A DNA stretch of 64,000 nucleotides from Eledone cirrhosa (Eukaryota). Below the pieces are notes generated by a model. The model was given only the letters and a program-made list of their open reading frames with translations. It made no database searches and had not been told where the DNA came from. Positions 14,140-26,995 of this stretch are shown piece by piece. Every line of letters starts with the position of its first letter. The first letter of the stretch is position 1. A program made the translations under genes and the position numbers. The stretch covers positions 268,832,001-268,896,000 of the forward strand of contig OZ024740.1 in NCBI GenBank assembly GCA_964016885.1, given 5' to 3'.

Positions 14140-14712
14140 TGCCTTAACATAGTAAAAGTAAATAGTGAAGATTTAGGCCAGTACATATGTATGCGCCGAC
14201 GACATACATATACATATAGATACGCGCACACAAACACACACACACACACAGACACACGTGCGCGCGCGCGTATGTGTCTGTAAACCTTATGCATTTCTAC
14301 AGTATTTTCAACAAACTTAGGACATAGGCTACTTATGTACTCCGGATGGTCATGGGCACTTTCATTTTCCCAGATATTGATTATAGGGCCTCCCGGTAGA
14401 TAACCACCTTTAACCACTTCCTTGGAGTCGACTAAAGCACTGCAGTGCAATGCAACAAGACGTCATAACTTCTGGATTTCGCAATCGATTTTCACAAAAC
14501 TTGACACATGGGCTATGTTTGTTCTGCAGATGAATGTGAACTTTCAGAATTGGCACATATTGAGTAGGGGACCCCTGGGGGCAGGAAACCCCCTTTTGGA
14601 AAAAGCCGATTATTTTGTAAAAGTATAGTTTTCGAAGCAGCACTGAAGTATTGACATAAATGGTATAGATAACTGGTATTTAATACCCGAGCAACGTCGG
14701 GTACCGCTGCTA

Positions 14713-14713
<1 letters not shown>
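14140..14713 (+). mobile_element. Non-autonomous Helitron-like element
   Basis: 3' hairpin tacccga-gcaacg-tcgggta (14684-14703), then CTAG (14710-14713) followed by T. Internal duplicated ttttca(ac/ca)aaactt motif. 5' end uncertain. Confidence 0.7.
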
Positions 14714-14797
<84 letters not shown>

Positions 14798-14806
14798 TAT
14801 ATTTAT

Positions 14807-14837
<31 letters not shown>

Positions 14838-14850
14838 TATATATACACAC

Positions 14851-16465
14851 AGATAAATCCACCAATTTATGGTAGGGTCTAAACCGTATGAAGAACTCAA
14901 TGTATTCCGTATGTAGAAGATGTCGTGAAGCAAAGTTTAAAATACAAAATTTTCAACGATATAATTCTTTGGATACAGAATCAAAAATAGAAATATTAAA
15001 ACAATGAAGAATACAAAAAAACATATATATGAATAAATAAGGTTTTATAACCAGGTTGAGGTTGACCAATAATAAGAATAGGAAGGGGCAGTATATATCC
15101 TTAAAGTTGGTAGTAGTAGGTGAATAAATAAGGCGTCAGGGGATGAAGTATCAAATGACTTTTAAGAAAAGAAATGAAAGTTGCTAGTGTAAATGAATTT
15201 AGACATATTGTAGATAAAAGTGTTGATGGTCAAATAAGATTACGGTTGGAGGAAAAGGTGTATGGAGATTAGTGTGTTACATCGAGTAGAATGGTATAGA
15301 TCAATCTTAAAATGTTTGTTATTTCTTTGTTGAGAGGAATAATTTGTTCTAAAAATATATAATAAGTAGAGGAATATAAATGGATCAAAATGGAAGTAAA
15401 ATTTAGATAAAAGATAGATAAAATATTATGTAGGTAAGAAAATACTAAAGTTTGTGTAAGTATTGTATTGTGTTACAGTGGTAAGGATGAAGTTTCCCTG
15501 TAGGGAATTATATTTTCGAATAAGAATCCACATTAATAATCTGTTGTTCTTTTTTTAAAAAAAGGGGGTTTAAATGGATATCAATTAATCATTTTTTTGT
15601 TAGATTATTGAAAATAATGTAATATATAGTGCTAAATTATAGTTAATTACTTAAAATAGTTATAGGGATGAGATATAGGATTTAATACATGGATTAATCC
15701 TAATAGGAGAAAAAAATATATATATATATGTATATATATAGATACACACACACGTATAAGAATACACATACATACACATATATATACACGCACACACACA
15801 TACTATATATACGCACACATATACATGTACACACACACATGTATATATAGAGGCATACACTTATGCATAGGCATACATACACACACACACATATACATAT
15901 TCACACACACACACATACTCGCACATTTTTTCTCCTATATCATTTTCTATATTTGTTTAGTTGTATTTATAATATTTGAATATCCTTCTAATTTTATGGT
16001 TACATACTATAATTAATTCTTGTCTTTTATTTATTAGAGTGTCCTTCGATTTACTAATTTCAAAAATTTCTTGAGAACACAATCCACACTCCTTTCTATT
16101 GCCCTGATAAGAAATGGCTCTCTTAAGAATCTTCCAAGTTAGGTTATATTTAATATTCCTCTTTTTACAATTATTAACTGCTTCTGCTAAAGAAGTGGTA
16201 TTAGCTAATTTTGTGTTTCGGAAACTGTGGATGTGTGAATAAAATCTCGATTTAAATGGATTAGAAGTGGATCCAATATAGGATTGATTAGAGTCCTTAG
16301 TGGTGATTACACATTTATATACTATATTATTAATTAAGCAATTTCCATTTAAGGGGCAATTATCTTTTATTCTGCAATTACAACCGTTTGTATATAGGGT
16401 TTCAGATGTGCTCTCTATATTCTCAATAATAGTGCTAGTATTTATTTGGGAGAGGAGGGTTTACG
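14851..16465 (-). mobile_element. 5'-truncated Naiad-like PLE
   Basis: GIY-YIG frame plus 3' UTR. The terminus at 14851-14910 is homologous to 18163-18225. Confidence 0.88.
15957..16459 (-). pseudogene. GIY-YIG endonuclease domain with Cys-rich linker (absent from ORF track, no start codon)
   Basis: Hand translation: GCNCRIKDNCPLNGNCLINNIVYKCVITTKDSNQSYIGSTSNPFKSRFYSH...ECGLCSQEIFEI...INKRQELIIVCNHKIRRIFKYYKYN*. Confidence 0.9.
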
Positions 16466-16469
16466 GTTG

Positions 16470-17282
16470 GAGCGGTGAAAACAATTACACGCAAAGACAA
16501 AACCACGTTTTTGGTCGACGTACGTCTGCGAACGTATGTGTATTTACATGTAGGTATGTGTGTGCGTGCGTTATATACGTATTTATTTATATATATACGT
16601 TTATTTAATTATGTGTATACACGCACACACACACACATATATATATATTTTTTTTTAATATATATTTTTATGTGTATTTGGTGTATACGTTCGTATGTGC
16701 GCGGGTACAGGCGTTGCGTGGGTTCTGTATGTGCGTGCGGGTTTTTTTGTGCACGTGTTTCTATTTGTATACCTATGGCGAGTGTTTTCGCGTATGCTTG
16801 CGTATGTATGTATATGGATGCGTGTATGTATTTATTTAATTTCAATTACCTCTGTATTTTATTTACTTTATTTACTCTGGTGCCGAGAATCATTCGGTTT
16901 CCTAGTTAGAATTTTAGTCTACGACTTCAGTTATACCATTTACGTGGTTTTGTCTTTGCGTGCAATTGTTCTCACCGCTCCACACAATGATGTATTATCT
17001 TCGTTTTTTCCCGTTCTTTGCCAGGGAACGTTTCCACGAACCAAAGTATCGTCTTCCTGTCTTCCTCCGGCTGCAACGTTTTTTGAAATATTTACTTCTG
17101 CGTTCACAGATATTTTAGTTTTTTAGTTTCAGAAGATCCCGTTAAGGGTGAAAGCAGCGATTCTTTGCTTAAACTTTAATCTGTTGTTTTAATAAATATT
17201 TGCTCTACGGTTCTTATATATTTGATATATATTTATCCTTATCGAGCCCTCTTTGGATTTTGGTCTTCAAATTTATTATTAT

Positions 17283-17288
<6 letters not shown>
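16470..17288 (+). mobile_element. PLE family A, longest copy (3' UTR plus pLTR) with short inverted 5' piece
   Basis: 16470-16508 is the reverse complement of 16941-16980. Ends in the family A HHR and tail, then (TA)n. Confidence 0.7.
17106..17184 (+). ncRNA. Type I hammerhead ribozyme variant (U4A core)
   Basis: agttt-CAGAAGA-tccc gttaa gggt-GAAA-gca gcgattctt tgc-TT-aaact, with distal stem I acagat/atctgt. Confidence 0.72.
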
Positions 17289-17320
<32 letters not shown>

Positions 17321-17325
<5 letters not shown>

Positions 17326-17521
17326 AACCAGTAAGACCCCGACAGCTGAGCTCAAGCCGTTTCGACGGCTAATTCGTCGGCTAATTCGACGGCTAATTCG
17401 TCGAAACGGCTTGAGCTCAGCTGTCGGGGTCTTACTGGTTCCTATTACCCACTCTACTACCCCAAGTATTGAGTACTTTGGTGCGTTATGGTCCACCTGG
17501 TTCCTTACCACATTTCCTTCG

Positions 17522-17523
<2 letters not shown>
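17321..17523. mobile_element. Fold-back pLTR fragment of PLE family C
   Basis: Perfect inverted arms around iterated 13-mers. 3' half of an HHR (GAAAcggct tgagctc agctgTC). Other copies at 36855-36933 and 41272-41823. Confidence 0.78.
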
Positions 17524-17614
<91 letters not shown>

Positions 17615-17799
17615 CCCGTGTATGATTGTGTATAGAAGATTATATTAAGAAAAGGAATTCCAGCTTTGTCTGATTTACTCGTTTTATTTACAATCCCTTA
17701 AAATTATAATGATATTATAATGAAATAGTATGGTAGAACATTGAATGTTAAGTGTTAATTGAACAAGTACTTTCATGCTTTCGCAATCTTCAGGTTCAA

Positions 17800-17870
17800 A
17801 TTCAGTGGTGACAGTCAAGTTTGCAATTTTCAACAGTTGAAAATTGCAAACTTGACTGTCACCACTGAAT
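17800..17870. repeat. Perfect palindrome, 35-bp arms with 1-nt spacer
   Basis: attcagtggtgacagtcaagtttgcaattttcaac-a-gttgaaaattgcaaacttgactgtcaccactgaat. Confidence 0.95.
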
Positions 17871-17886
17871 ATAAACCTATTTCAAT

Positions 17887-18070
17887 ATTGGCTGTATCGG
17901 TAGAGGGTTGGACGCCATGCTTTTTTTCGCATAGTTACGTCCATTTACAGTCTGAGTTCAAATCCCGCTGAGGTTAACTTTGCCTTTCATCCTTACGGGG
18001 TCGATAAAATAAAGTACCAGTAATGTACTGGGGTAATTGCTGGCCTTGTGCCTAAAGTAGAAACAATGAT
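17887..18070 (+). mobile_element. tRNA-derived SINE, short-tail subfamily
   Basis: A and B boxes plus central domain as at 11244. Confidence 0.9.
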
Positions 18071-18350
18071 AATATCATTATAATTTTAAAGGATTGTAAA
18101 TAAAACGAGTAAATCAGACAAAGCTGGAATTCCTTTTATTAATATATATATATATACATATATAGATAAATCTACCAAAAATTTACGGTAGTGTCCAATC
18201 CGTATGAAGAACTCAATGTAATCCGGATATCATGAAAAGAGAAGATGCATTCAAAAACTATTTTCGGTGAAAATTAACGGAAAACAGAGTCAAGATAAAT
18301 TAATAAAATAATGAATAAACAAAGAAACAGTTCCTTATATTAAAAAAAAT

Positions 18351-18492
18351 TCATCATTTTACGATCGTTTCTAGGATATATATGTGTTAGAATTGGTATG
18401 CATATTCTATAGATCTATGTACAATATTTATACAAACTATCAGAGGGAATATACATACCTACACATTTATATGCTGTCTTCAGAAATAATGA
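18351..18492 (-). ncRNA. Hammerhead ribozyme with ~105-nt stem II (mirror of 23464-23605)
   Basis: tcattattt-CTGAAGA...GAAACGATCGTA-aaatgatga on the minus strand. Confidence 0.8.
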
Positions 18493-19186
18493 TATTTGTT
18501 TATTGAAAAAAACAAAGATTCAATACAATAGGTCTGTTTGGGAACAGGTTTTGAATTGACCAATAGAGAGATAGTGAGGGTCAAGATAGTAATATAGTAG
18601 TAGAAGAACCTTAAATTGTGGGTAGAGGAAGGTAGATTTCAGTTTTGGATGGAAAAGAATATTATGAATGAAAGATTATTTTAGGGATGAAAATAGGTCG
18701 TATGCTGACCTCAGAAATAATTATATTTGTTCATTGAATAAAACCAACAAAGATCTAATATATTCTGTCTGTTTGGTAAGAGGTTTAGAATTAACCAATA
18801 GAAAGTTAATAATTGGCCAAATGGTAAAATAGTAGTAATTGAAGCTTATTTTAGGGGTAGAATAAGGCAGATTTCAGTTTTGAATGGAGTGGGAAGAATG
18901 AGAAAGTTATTTTAGGTGTGAAAATAGGTCAGGTCAGTAAAAGGTATATGAGCAGTTGCTGTTATAAACCAGTAATGCCAATGCAAATATCTAAGGAGAC
19001 TAAAATTTTATGATAAGAGTGTTAGTGAAAAAAATACATCTATGAAAAGAATATAAATAAATTTAATTGATGGGTATATTTATATTGATAAAATTATACT
19101 AATGCATATAGATATGATAAGCAAGAGTTAGATGCAGTTTGAGAGTGCTGTTAAAGATGAGGGGAAATTAAAAGAATATAAAAATA

Positions 19187-19268
<82 letters not shown>

Positions 19269-19301
19269 TCATACACACACACATATACACACACGTATAT
19301 A

Positions 19302-19333
<32 letters not shown>

Positions 19334-19869
19334 CACATATATATATATATATATACACACATATATACATACATACATACACATATATATACACACACAT
19401 ACATACTTACATATACATATAATTATTGGGGGGGGGGGAATTAAATTTATTAGTGAGAAATAATAAATATATAGAGATTTCAAGGAACATAGAGTCATAA
19501 CCTGAAGTTAAGGCATTATATATGTTTACGTAATGGTATCAGCTTTAGGAAATGATAGTTGTAAGAAGGAAAGTAAAATTATGTGGTTCATCAGTAGTAG
19601 AATATTAATTATAGGTTAACTGAATTAAAAACAGTTTATATATTAATTTCTAAAGTGTATACTAATCAGGTTTATAATATTTAAAGGTTTTTCTCAGTTT
19701 ATCTACATACTTTGCTCCTATTTTTATGGGGATATTCTTATTATTTTTTGTGAATGTATATGTATTGTATGTGTATATATATTTATATATATATACATAT
19801 ATGTGTATAACTTTATAACTCCATATATAAATAGTTGAGCTCTTTTTCTTGTCCATTATCCATATCACA

Positions 19870-22323
19870 ATGGAAAAACAATACTTGGGAACTCCTTTAA
19901 AGAATATACCATTACCTTCTAAGGATGAGTTCTTACTTCTTATGATACAAAAAACCAACTAATTTATCAGAAGAGTCAGATGGAGGGCCTACCACTTCGA
20001 TAAAAAAACAAAATGTACTGATATGAAATACTTGTATGATTTCACTACATATAAAAATCCACCACACAACTCCTTACTTGAAAACTTTGAGAAAGACCTT
20101 TTTAATTTAATCAAACACCTCAAATTTAAGAGGTATAAATCTAATTTTCAAAAGGACCTTGATTCTACCCTATTGGACCTAAAAAAATCTAAAAAAAATC
20201 CATGTCCACTCGGACAAAACTGGAAATCTATATCACATGGATATTGAAAATTACAATGAGTTCATTTATAAAGAACTCAGGAAAAATTATAGAAAAACAA
20301 ACAATGCGTCACTTACCAACATCAACAACAAAACACACAGTATAGTGAATAGACTTAATATTGAAGATAGAACTGAACCTTTGGCACTGAAAAGACCACA
20401 CTTCAACCTGAAAGATCATAAATCTAACTTTAACTCTAATCCTTCTATAAGGCTTATATGCCCTTCCAAATCTGATATTGGAATCATTAGTAAATTTTTT
20501 TAGATAGAGTCATCCCACAACTAAGAAAACATGTTAATTTACCACTCTGGGAAAACACATCCCAGGTAATTAACTGGTTTAATAATATTAGAAATAAATC
20601 CTCTGCTTCATTTCTACAATTTGATATAGATAATTATTATTCTTCTATATCACCTATACTCCTGAATAAAGCCTTGATATTTGCTAAAAATAGATCTAAC
20701 TTAACTTTGGATGACATTAATATTATTACACATGCCAGACTAACACTATTGGAATTTCAGAATGAATACTGGACCAGAAACACATATAGTAATCTATTCG
20801 ATATTACTATGGGCTCAAGCGATTCTGCCCAAATTACTGATCTTGTGGGCCTCTTTCTTCTTTTTAACATACATGCTTCCTTTCCCCACCTTAAAGGTGG
20901 TTTATATCGTGACGACTGTCTTCTTCTTTCCAACAACCTTAGCCTTTCAGAGATAGAAAAAAATAAAAAAGCTTATTAGAACATTCCTTAAAGACTATTA
21001 TAGTCTAGATATTACATTTGAAAACACAAGTAAAATAGTTAATTTCCTAGATATAACATTAGACTTATCTACGGGTATCTACCAGCCATACCATAAACCC
21101 TACCAAAATTTACACTACATACACTCACAATCTAATCACCCTAAATCTCTCCTTAAAAATCTTGCATATAATATATGACTTAGAATTTCTAACCTTTCGT
21201 CTAACCAAGGTGTATTTGATAAAAATGCGACCTTTTATAACAAAGCTCTAGCTAGAAGTGGCCACAAAGATAGATTAGTATATATACCTTCTACCAATAA
21301 CACTACAAACATAAAACCTAATATTACCAACAAACACCAAATGAAACATACACACCTAAATGCCACTCACACTATACCCCAAAACACCAACATAAAACCA
21401 AATTTCTCTAACTCCTCTAATATACAATATAGTAACTCTCAAAAAACTACTCATCCTACAACTCTAATAAATGTTAATAATAAAACTCCTAATAAACAAG
21501 CTAAAACACCTAAATCAATAAATCTAACTAAAAATGTGTGTGGTGAGGTCATTAACAATAATTCTCTTAATAAACATCAGGATACATCCTATAAAAACAA
21601 TGAACAACATCGAAACCGTAATAGACGAGTTACTTGGTATAATGCTCCATTTAATTTACAAATTAAGGATAATATACCTAAAAATTCTTTAATATCCTAG
21701 AGAAAAACTTCCCGCCAAACCACAAATACCATCAAATTTTAAATACATCAACGGTTAAATTCTCCTACTCAACAACCAAAAACATAAAACAAAATATAAG
21801 TGCCTACAATGCATATAAATGTAAAAAGACCATGAGTATACCACCAGTACATCAAACTAACCATAATATCTCCTCAGATACAGGATTAACGAAAAGTTGT
21901 AACTGTAGAAACAAGGCAAACTGTCCATTAAAAGGAAATTGCCTTGTTAATAACATAGTATATAAATGTAAAGTTAACACTAAGGACTCAATTTATTCAT
22001 ATATAGGTGCTACCTCTAACAAATTTAAGGTAAGATTTAATACCCACAAACATAGTTTTAAAAATGCCGCACTAGCTAATACAACATCTCTAGCTGAAAA
22101 AATTAATAATTATAGAAAGAGAAATATAGATTATGACCTGACCTGGAGTGTGCTCAAAAGGGCCACCCCTTATCAAAATAGTAGATATGAATGTAGATTA
22201 TGTTCCCAAGAACTTTTTGAAATAATGAAATCTAAGGATATCCTATTAAATAAGCGACAGGAATTAATAATATCGTGTAATCATAAACTGAGAAAAACCT
22301 TTAAATATTATAAACCTGATTAG
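19870..22323 (+). pseudogene. PLE reverse transcriptase plus GIY-YIG endonuclease, frameshifted
   Basis: N-terminal PLKNIPLPSK...FIRRVRWRAYHF; RT motifs FDIDNYYSSI, FDITMGSSDSAQITDLVG, LYRDD, NFLDITLDL, SNHP; linker WYNAPF and CNCRNKANCPLKGNC; IVYKC...YIGAT, CRLC, LNKRQE. Several frameshifts at homopolymers and in-frame stops. Confidence 0.93.
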
Positions 22324-22616
22324 TATACACTTTAAAAATTAATATATAAACTGTTTTTAATTTAGTTAACCTATAATTAATATGCTACTACTGATGAACC
22401 ACATAATTTTACTTTCCTTCTTACAACTATTATTTCCTAAAACTGATACCATTAAGTAAACATATATAATGCCTTAACTTCAGGTTATGACTCTATGTTC
22501 CTTGAAATCTCTATATATTTATTATTTCTCACTAATAAATTTAATCCCCCCCCCAATAATTATATGTATATGTAAGTATGTATGTGTGTGTATATATATG
22601 TGTATGTATGTATGTA

Positions 22617-22697
<81 letters not shown>

Positions 22698-22710
22698 ATA
22701 TGTGTGTGTG

Positions 22711-22769
<59 letters not shown>

Positions 22770-23463
22770 TATTTTTATATTCTTTTAATTTCCCCTCATC
22801 TTTAACAGCACTCTCCAACTGCATCTAACTCTTGCTTATCATATCTATATGCATTAGTATAATTTTATCAATATAAATATACCCATCAATTAAATTTATT
22901 TATATTCTTTTCATAGATGTATTTTTTTCACTAACACTCTTATCATAAAATTTTAGTCTCCTTAGATATTTGCATTGGCATTACTGGTTTATAACAGCAA
23001 CTGCTCATATACCTTGTACTGACCTGACCTATTTTCACCCCTAAAATAACTTTCTCATTCTTCACACTCCATTCAAAACTGAAATCTGCCTTATTCTACC
23101 CCTAAAATAAGCTTCAATTACTACTATTTTACCATTTAGCCAATTATTAACTTTCTATTGGTTAATTCTAAACCTCTTACCAAACAGACAGAATATATTA
23201 GATCTTTGTTGGTTTTATTCAATGAACAAATATAATTATTTCTGAGGTCAGCATACGACCTATTTTCATCCCTAAAATAATCTTTCATTCATAATATTCT
23301 TTTCCATCCAAAACTGAAATCTACCTTCCTCTACCCACAATTTAAGGTTCTTCTACTACTATATTACTATCTTGACCCTCACTATCTCTCTATTGGTCAA
23401 TTCAAAACCTGTTCCCAAACAGACCTATTGTATTGAATCTTTGTTTTTTTCAATAAACAAATA

Positions 23464-23605
23464 TCATTATTTCTGAAGACAGCATATATATGTGTAGGTA
23501 TGTATATTCCCTCTGATAGGTTGTATAAATATTGTACATAGATCTATAGAATATGCATACCAATTCTAACACATATATATCCTAGAAACGATCGTAAAAT
23601 GATGA
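23464..23605 (+). ncRNA. Hammerhead ribozyme with ~105-nt rod-like stem II
   Basis: 9-bp stem I tcattattt/aaatgatga; CTGAAGA 23473-23479; GAAACGATCGTA 23585-23596; insert pairs atatatatgtgt/acacatatatat and ggtatgtatattc/gaatatgcatacc. Confidence 0.82.
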
Positions 23606-24121
23606 ATTTTTTTAATATAAGGAACTGTTTCTTTGTTTATTCATTATTTTATATATATATATATATATTTATATATGTGTGTGGGGTTGTGAGTGAGAGA
23701 GTGAATGTGTGTGTGCGCGCGTGTGTGTGAGTGTGCCCGTGTGTGTGTATGTGTGTCGTTTTGTACTCGTTTTGCAAGAATCTTTATTTGAAACCGTATA
23801 TTTAAACAGATGTTGTTATACTTTGGTAGGATCAAAACCAGCTGAAGTAAATATAACAAAATCATGGAGCGGAAAAAAATCACTAAGAAGGTCAAGGATG
23901 TGTAACGAAGAACTTTGATAATTACATATGACAATATAATAACTACCTGGTTATTAAATTACTAAAATTTATAGCAAAACTGAATTGAAACCACAGCTGC
24001 GTTTTTATTGACACAGTGGGCACCCTAAAGTATACACCAGCTGGAGTAAAAAGTTTTTTTCTGGTTTACACTGATTATTTTTAGCAACTTATATCTCCAT
24101 GTTATATTATTGATTTGATAT

Positions 24122-24471
24122 GTCGGTGGATTGGCAGTATCGGTAAAGGGTTTGTCAATATGCTTTGTAGCATAGAGTTACACCCCTTTACGATCTGAGT
24201 TCAAATCCTGCCGAGGTTAGCTTCTCCTTTCATCCTTATTTGATCGACAAAATAAAGTACCAGTAATGCACTGTGATATTTGCTGGCCTTGCGCCAAATC
24301 TAGGAACAATTATTAATTTGATACAACTTGATGTCCATTCGTTGCAGAATTGTTTATTCTTATCCTTACGGGGTCGATAAAATAAAGCACCAGTAATGCA
24401 CTGATATCGATTTAATCGACTTTCCCTTCCCACCGAAATTGCTGGCCGTGTGAGTAAAATAGAAACAATTA
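24122..24471 (+). mobile_element. tRNA-derived SINE (24122-24315) plus a second 3' half (24358-24471)
   Basis: A and B boxes; central domain present twice. Confidence 0.85.
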
Positions 24472-24539
24472 TCATATATAACACATACAAATTAATTGCT
24501 TATCCTTATTTTATAGCTTTGATAAGGAATGGTGAAAAG

Positions 24540-24850
24540 ATTGCAATTATAGCCATTTTACACTACCAATGAAAATAGGGACTGAGTGCCATGGCAGTGG
24601 CAACATATATTAATGATATGAATGGCTCAGGAACTATTGACGAAAGAGTGGCACAAAACCGGTTCAGAGACATTTAAAGAAAAGTGAGACCCACTCCAAA
24701 ACAAACCAAGGTCAGGGAGACTTTCTGTTTTGGAAGATGAGGCCTTGCTTGATAATGTTTGAAAAACAGCCAAACAGAAGCAATCATACATCGTCGGTTC
24801 AATTTGGTGCATTACAAAATACCATCAATCGACACCTCTATCAGAACGAT
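24540..24850 (+). pseudogene. mariner transposase N-terminal HTH remnant
   Basis: Hand translation IIAILHYQ*K*GLSAMAVATYINDMNGSGTIDERVAQNRF..KPRSGRLSVLEDEALL resembles the mariner pattern LYEFKLGxSAxEAxxNIN...TVSERTVQxWF...RSGRPS. Confidence 0.68.
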
Positions 24851-25186
24851 ATAAGAAAAGCTTTCTGTATTTTCTTATAGAAGAATTAAATACTTGGGTT
24901 ATTGCTCCGTGTATCTCTTTGGATCCGAAGTGTTTTCTGTTTTATTGATGCTACAACAAAGCCGCTATTGATATCAGAAGAGACAAGCATGTTTCGTCTT
25001 GATGTATTTGACAGAAAATCGAAAATTCCATCGTACGATATATTGCCAGATCGGAAGTATTCTTCGGATCCTAATTTTTTTATTTCAATTATATATATAT
25101 ATATATATATTATATCCATGCATAAATACATATATATATGTATACATACATACACACACACATATATATATATGTGTGTATGTATA

Positions 25187-25240
<54 letters not shown>

Positions 25241-25674
25241 TACATTCATACATTCATACATTCATACATACATACATACATGGTGGCTGCCAACTCGTTT
25301 TCGAGTACGGCCACTACTTTATATCCATGTAGGAGAACCCCAGCGACTTGAAAACTCTGGTACAAACACTACACTTGTGACAATTATTGACACATAGTGC
25401 TGGGTCCATGGTACCACGTGACGACAAGTGCAGAGAGATCTCCAGATATAAAGCAATGCCTGTGCCGTGAAGCTTTTATAGTGAGCAAAGGCACTGCACA
25501 AAGCCAGTCCCACTCTCTTAACCAAGATGATATTTACCAAAAAGAAGAACAAGTCAACATCATTGGATACCATCAGGGTTGCAGGTGTTATATCAGAGTT
25601 TTCCTTCTAGAATTCTGCCTTGACAAAGGCTAAGGGGTCATCTCTCCCGGATACATACAAACACCCACACCCAT

Positions 25675-25708
<34 letters not shown>

Positions 25709-25776
25709 ATGCATTTATATACATACATTCATACATACATACACACACATATATATATATATATATATACATACCT

Positions 25777-25849
<73 letters not shown>

Positions 25850-26639
25850 ATATTATGAAGCAGAAGGCGCTTTATTTGAATTCGTATTGAAAGGAAAAAA
25901 ATCGGAAGTGTAGTCAAGAATAGCAAATGAAGAAGTGTCTTCAAAATATTTCAAGTTAATGCTTTGTTCTTTAAAATGTAGATCACTGTGGAATCCAGCG
26001 CTGATATATTCGAGAAATAAATTGATTTATTCCAAAAGTACAATACTTCATTCAATTCTCCTCATCTCCTCATCTATGTATCTCTACTATGTATGTCTAC
26101 TTGTATTTCTGTTTGCTCATATTATCTTGTACACTGAAGAAGCTGCACGCATTGCAACCTGTATGAGGTCACTATGCGCCCTCGCTTAACAATGGAGAAA
26201 CTAATTTTTTTTTCTTTCCAATATTTTTCTTAAGTTGTCTTGATATGTAATCAACCTTGAAAGGAAATGATAAATACATCATAACATAAAAATAATGTAA
26301 GATCCATACAAAACTACGTTAGGTTGAGTGAAGCGATCGATGCGACTAATGTTTTTGAATTAGATCAGTGACTGTAAGAAAACATGAACAGTGAACGAAT
26401 TCATCAGAGATAATATTAATAGTTTATGCAGGCCTGGGAAAGATAAATACAATGTAAATGACAAGAAGGGTATGTACAAGTGCATCACGTGGGCCTAAGT
26501 GGACGATTACGTGAAATATTGGCTGCTTTTACAGTGAAGATGACCTAATAGTTACAGTGTTAGGATCCAGATCAAAAGATCATGAGTTCGATTCCCAGAT
26601 ACTTTATTTTACGTTACTGCTGGTAATAATGAGTTGCGC

Positions 26640-26995
26640 CAACACTTTTCGTTGAGGTCGTATTCAGGGCGTTCAGAATCGGGGGGTTCGGGATTTTGGG
26701 GAGTCGGGTTTCGGAGTTTCAGAGTTAGGGGAATTCGGGATTCGGGGGGGGGGGGTGTTCGGGTTCGGGGGATCGGTTTCGTTGGGGGCGGTTCGGTTTC
26801 GTTGGAGGGCTTCGGTTTCGTTGGGAGGTTCTACTTCTTGGGGAGTGGAGGTCGTGTGGGCGGTTCGGGAGGTTCGTGGGATTCGTGTTCAGGAGTGTCG
26901 GTTTCGGATTCCGGGTATTTAGATTCGTGTTCAGGAGGTTCGGTTTCGGGTTCCAGTTCGGAGGGTTCGGGTTCTGGGGGTTAGAGCTCGGGGAC
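26640..26995. repeat. G/T-rich degenerate (GGTTCG/TTCGGG)n low-complexity tract
   Basis: Repeated ttcgg(g) units, CpG-rich in an AT-rich context. Confidence 0.8.

Larger units (their letters stand above)
18163..23650 (+). mobile_element. Near full-length Naiad-like Penelope element with ~1.4-kb inverted pLTR
   Basis: Inverted arms ~18305-19702 / 22283-23650, extra tail 18163-18304, RT plus GIY-YIG coding region, HHR in each arm, (TA)n flanks. Confidence 0.93.

Noticed and set aside
17361-17404. Short repeats or the 480-bp array as a CRISPR array
   Set aside because: No unique spacers, no cas genes, eukaryotic context.
21170-21185. In-frame TGA in the Naiad-like ORF as possible selenocysteine (reported for some Naiads)
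   Set aside because: It falls in NI*LRIS, not at a conserved Cys. All linker and endonuclease cysteines are TGY, and other disablements are present.
24850-25090. TA-adjacent module with GAAACATGCTTGTC on the minus strand (similar half-motifs at 7226 and 40255)
   Set aside because: Only the 3' half of an HHR is present. Probably truncated pLTRs, but not supportable as ribozymes.
25560-25650. Segment resembling an RTE 5' UTR or Ceph-type SINE domain on the minus strand
   Set aside because: Too short and diverged to call without an alignment.
26634-26984. Gly/Ser-rich ORF or telomeric repeat
   Set aside because: Low-complexity read-through with no TTAGGG array.
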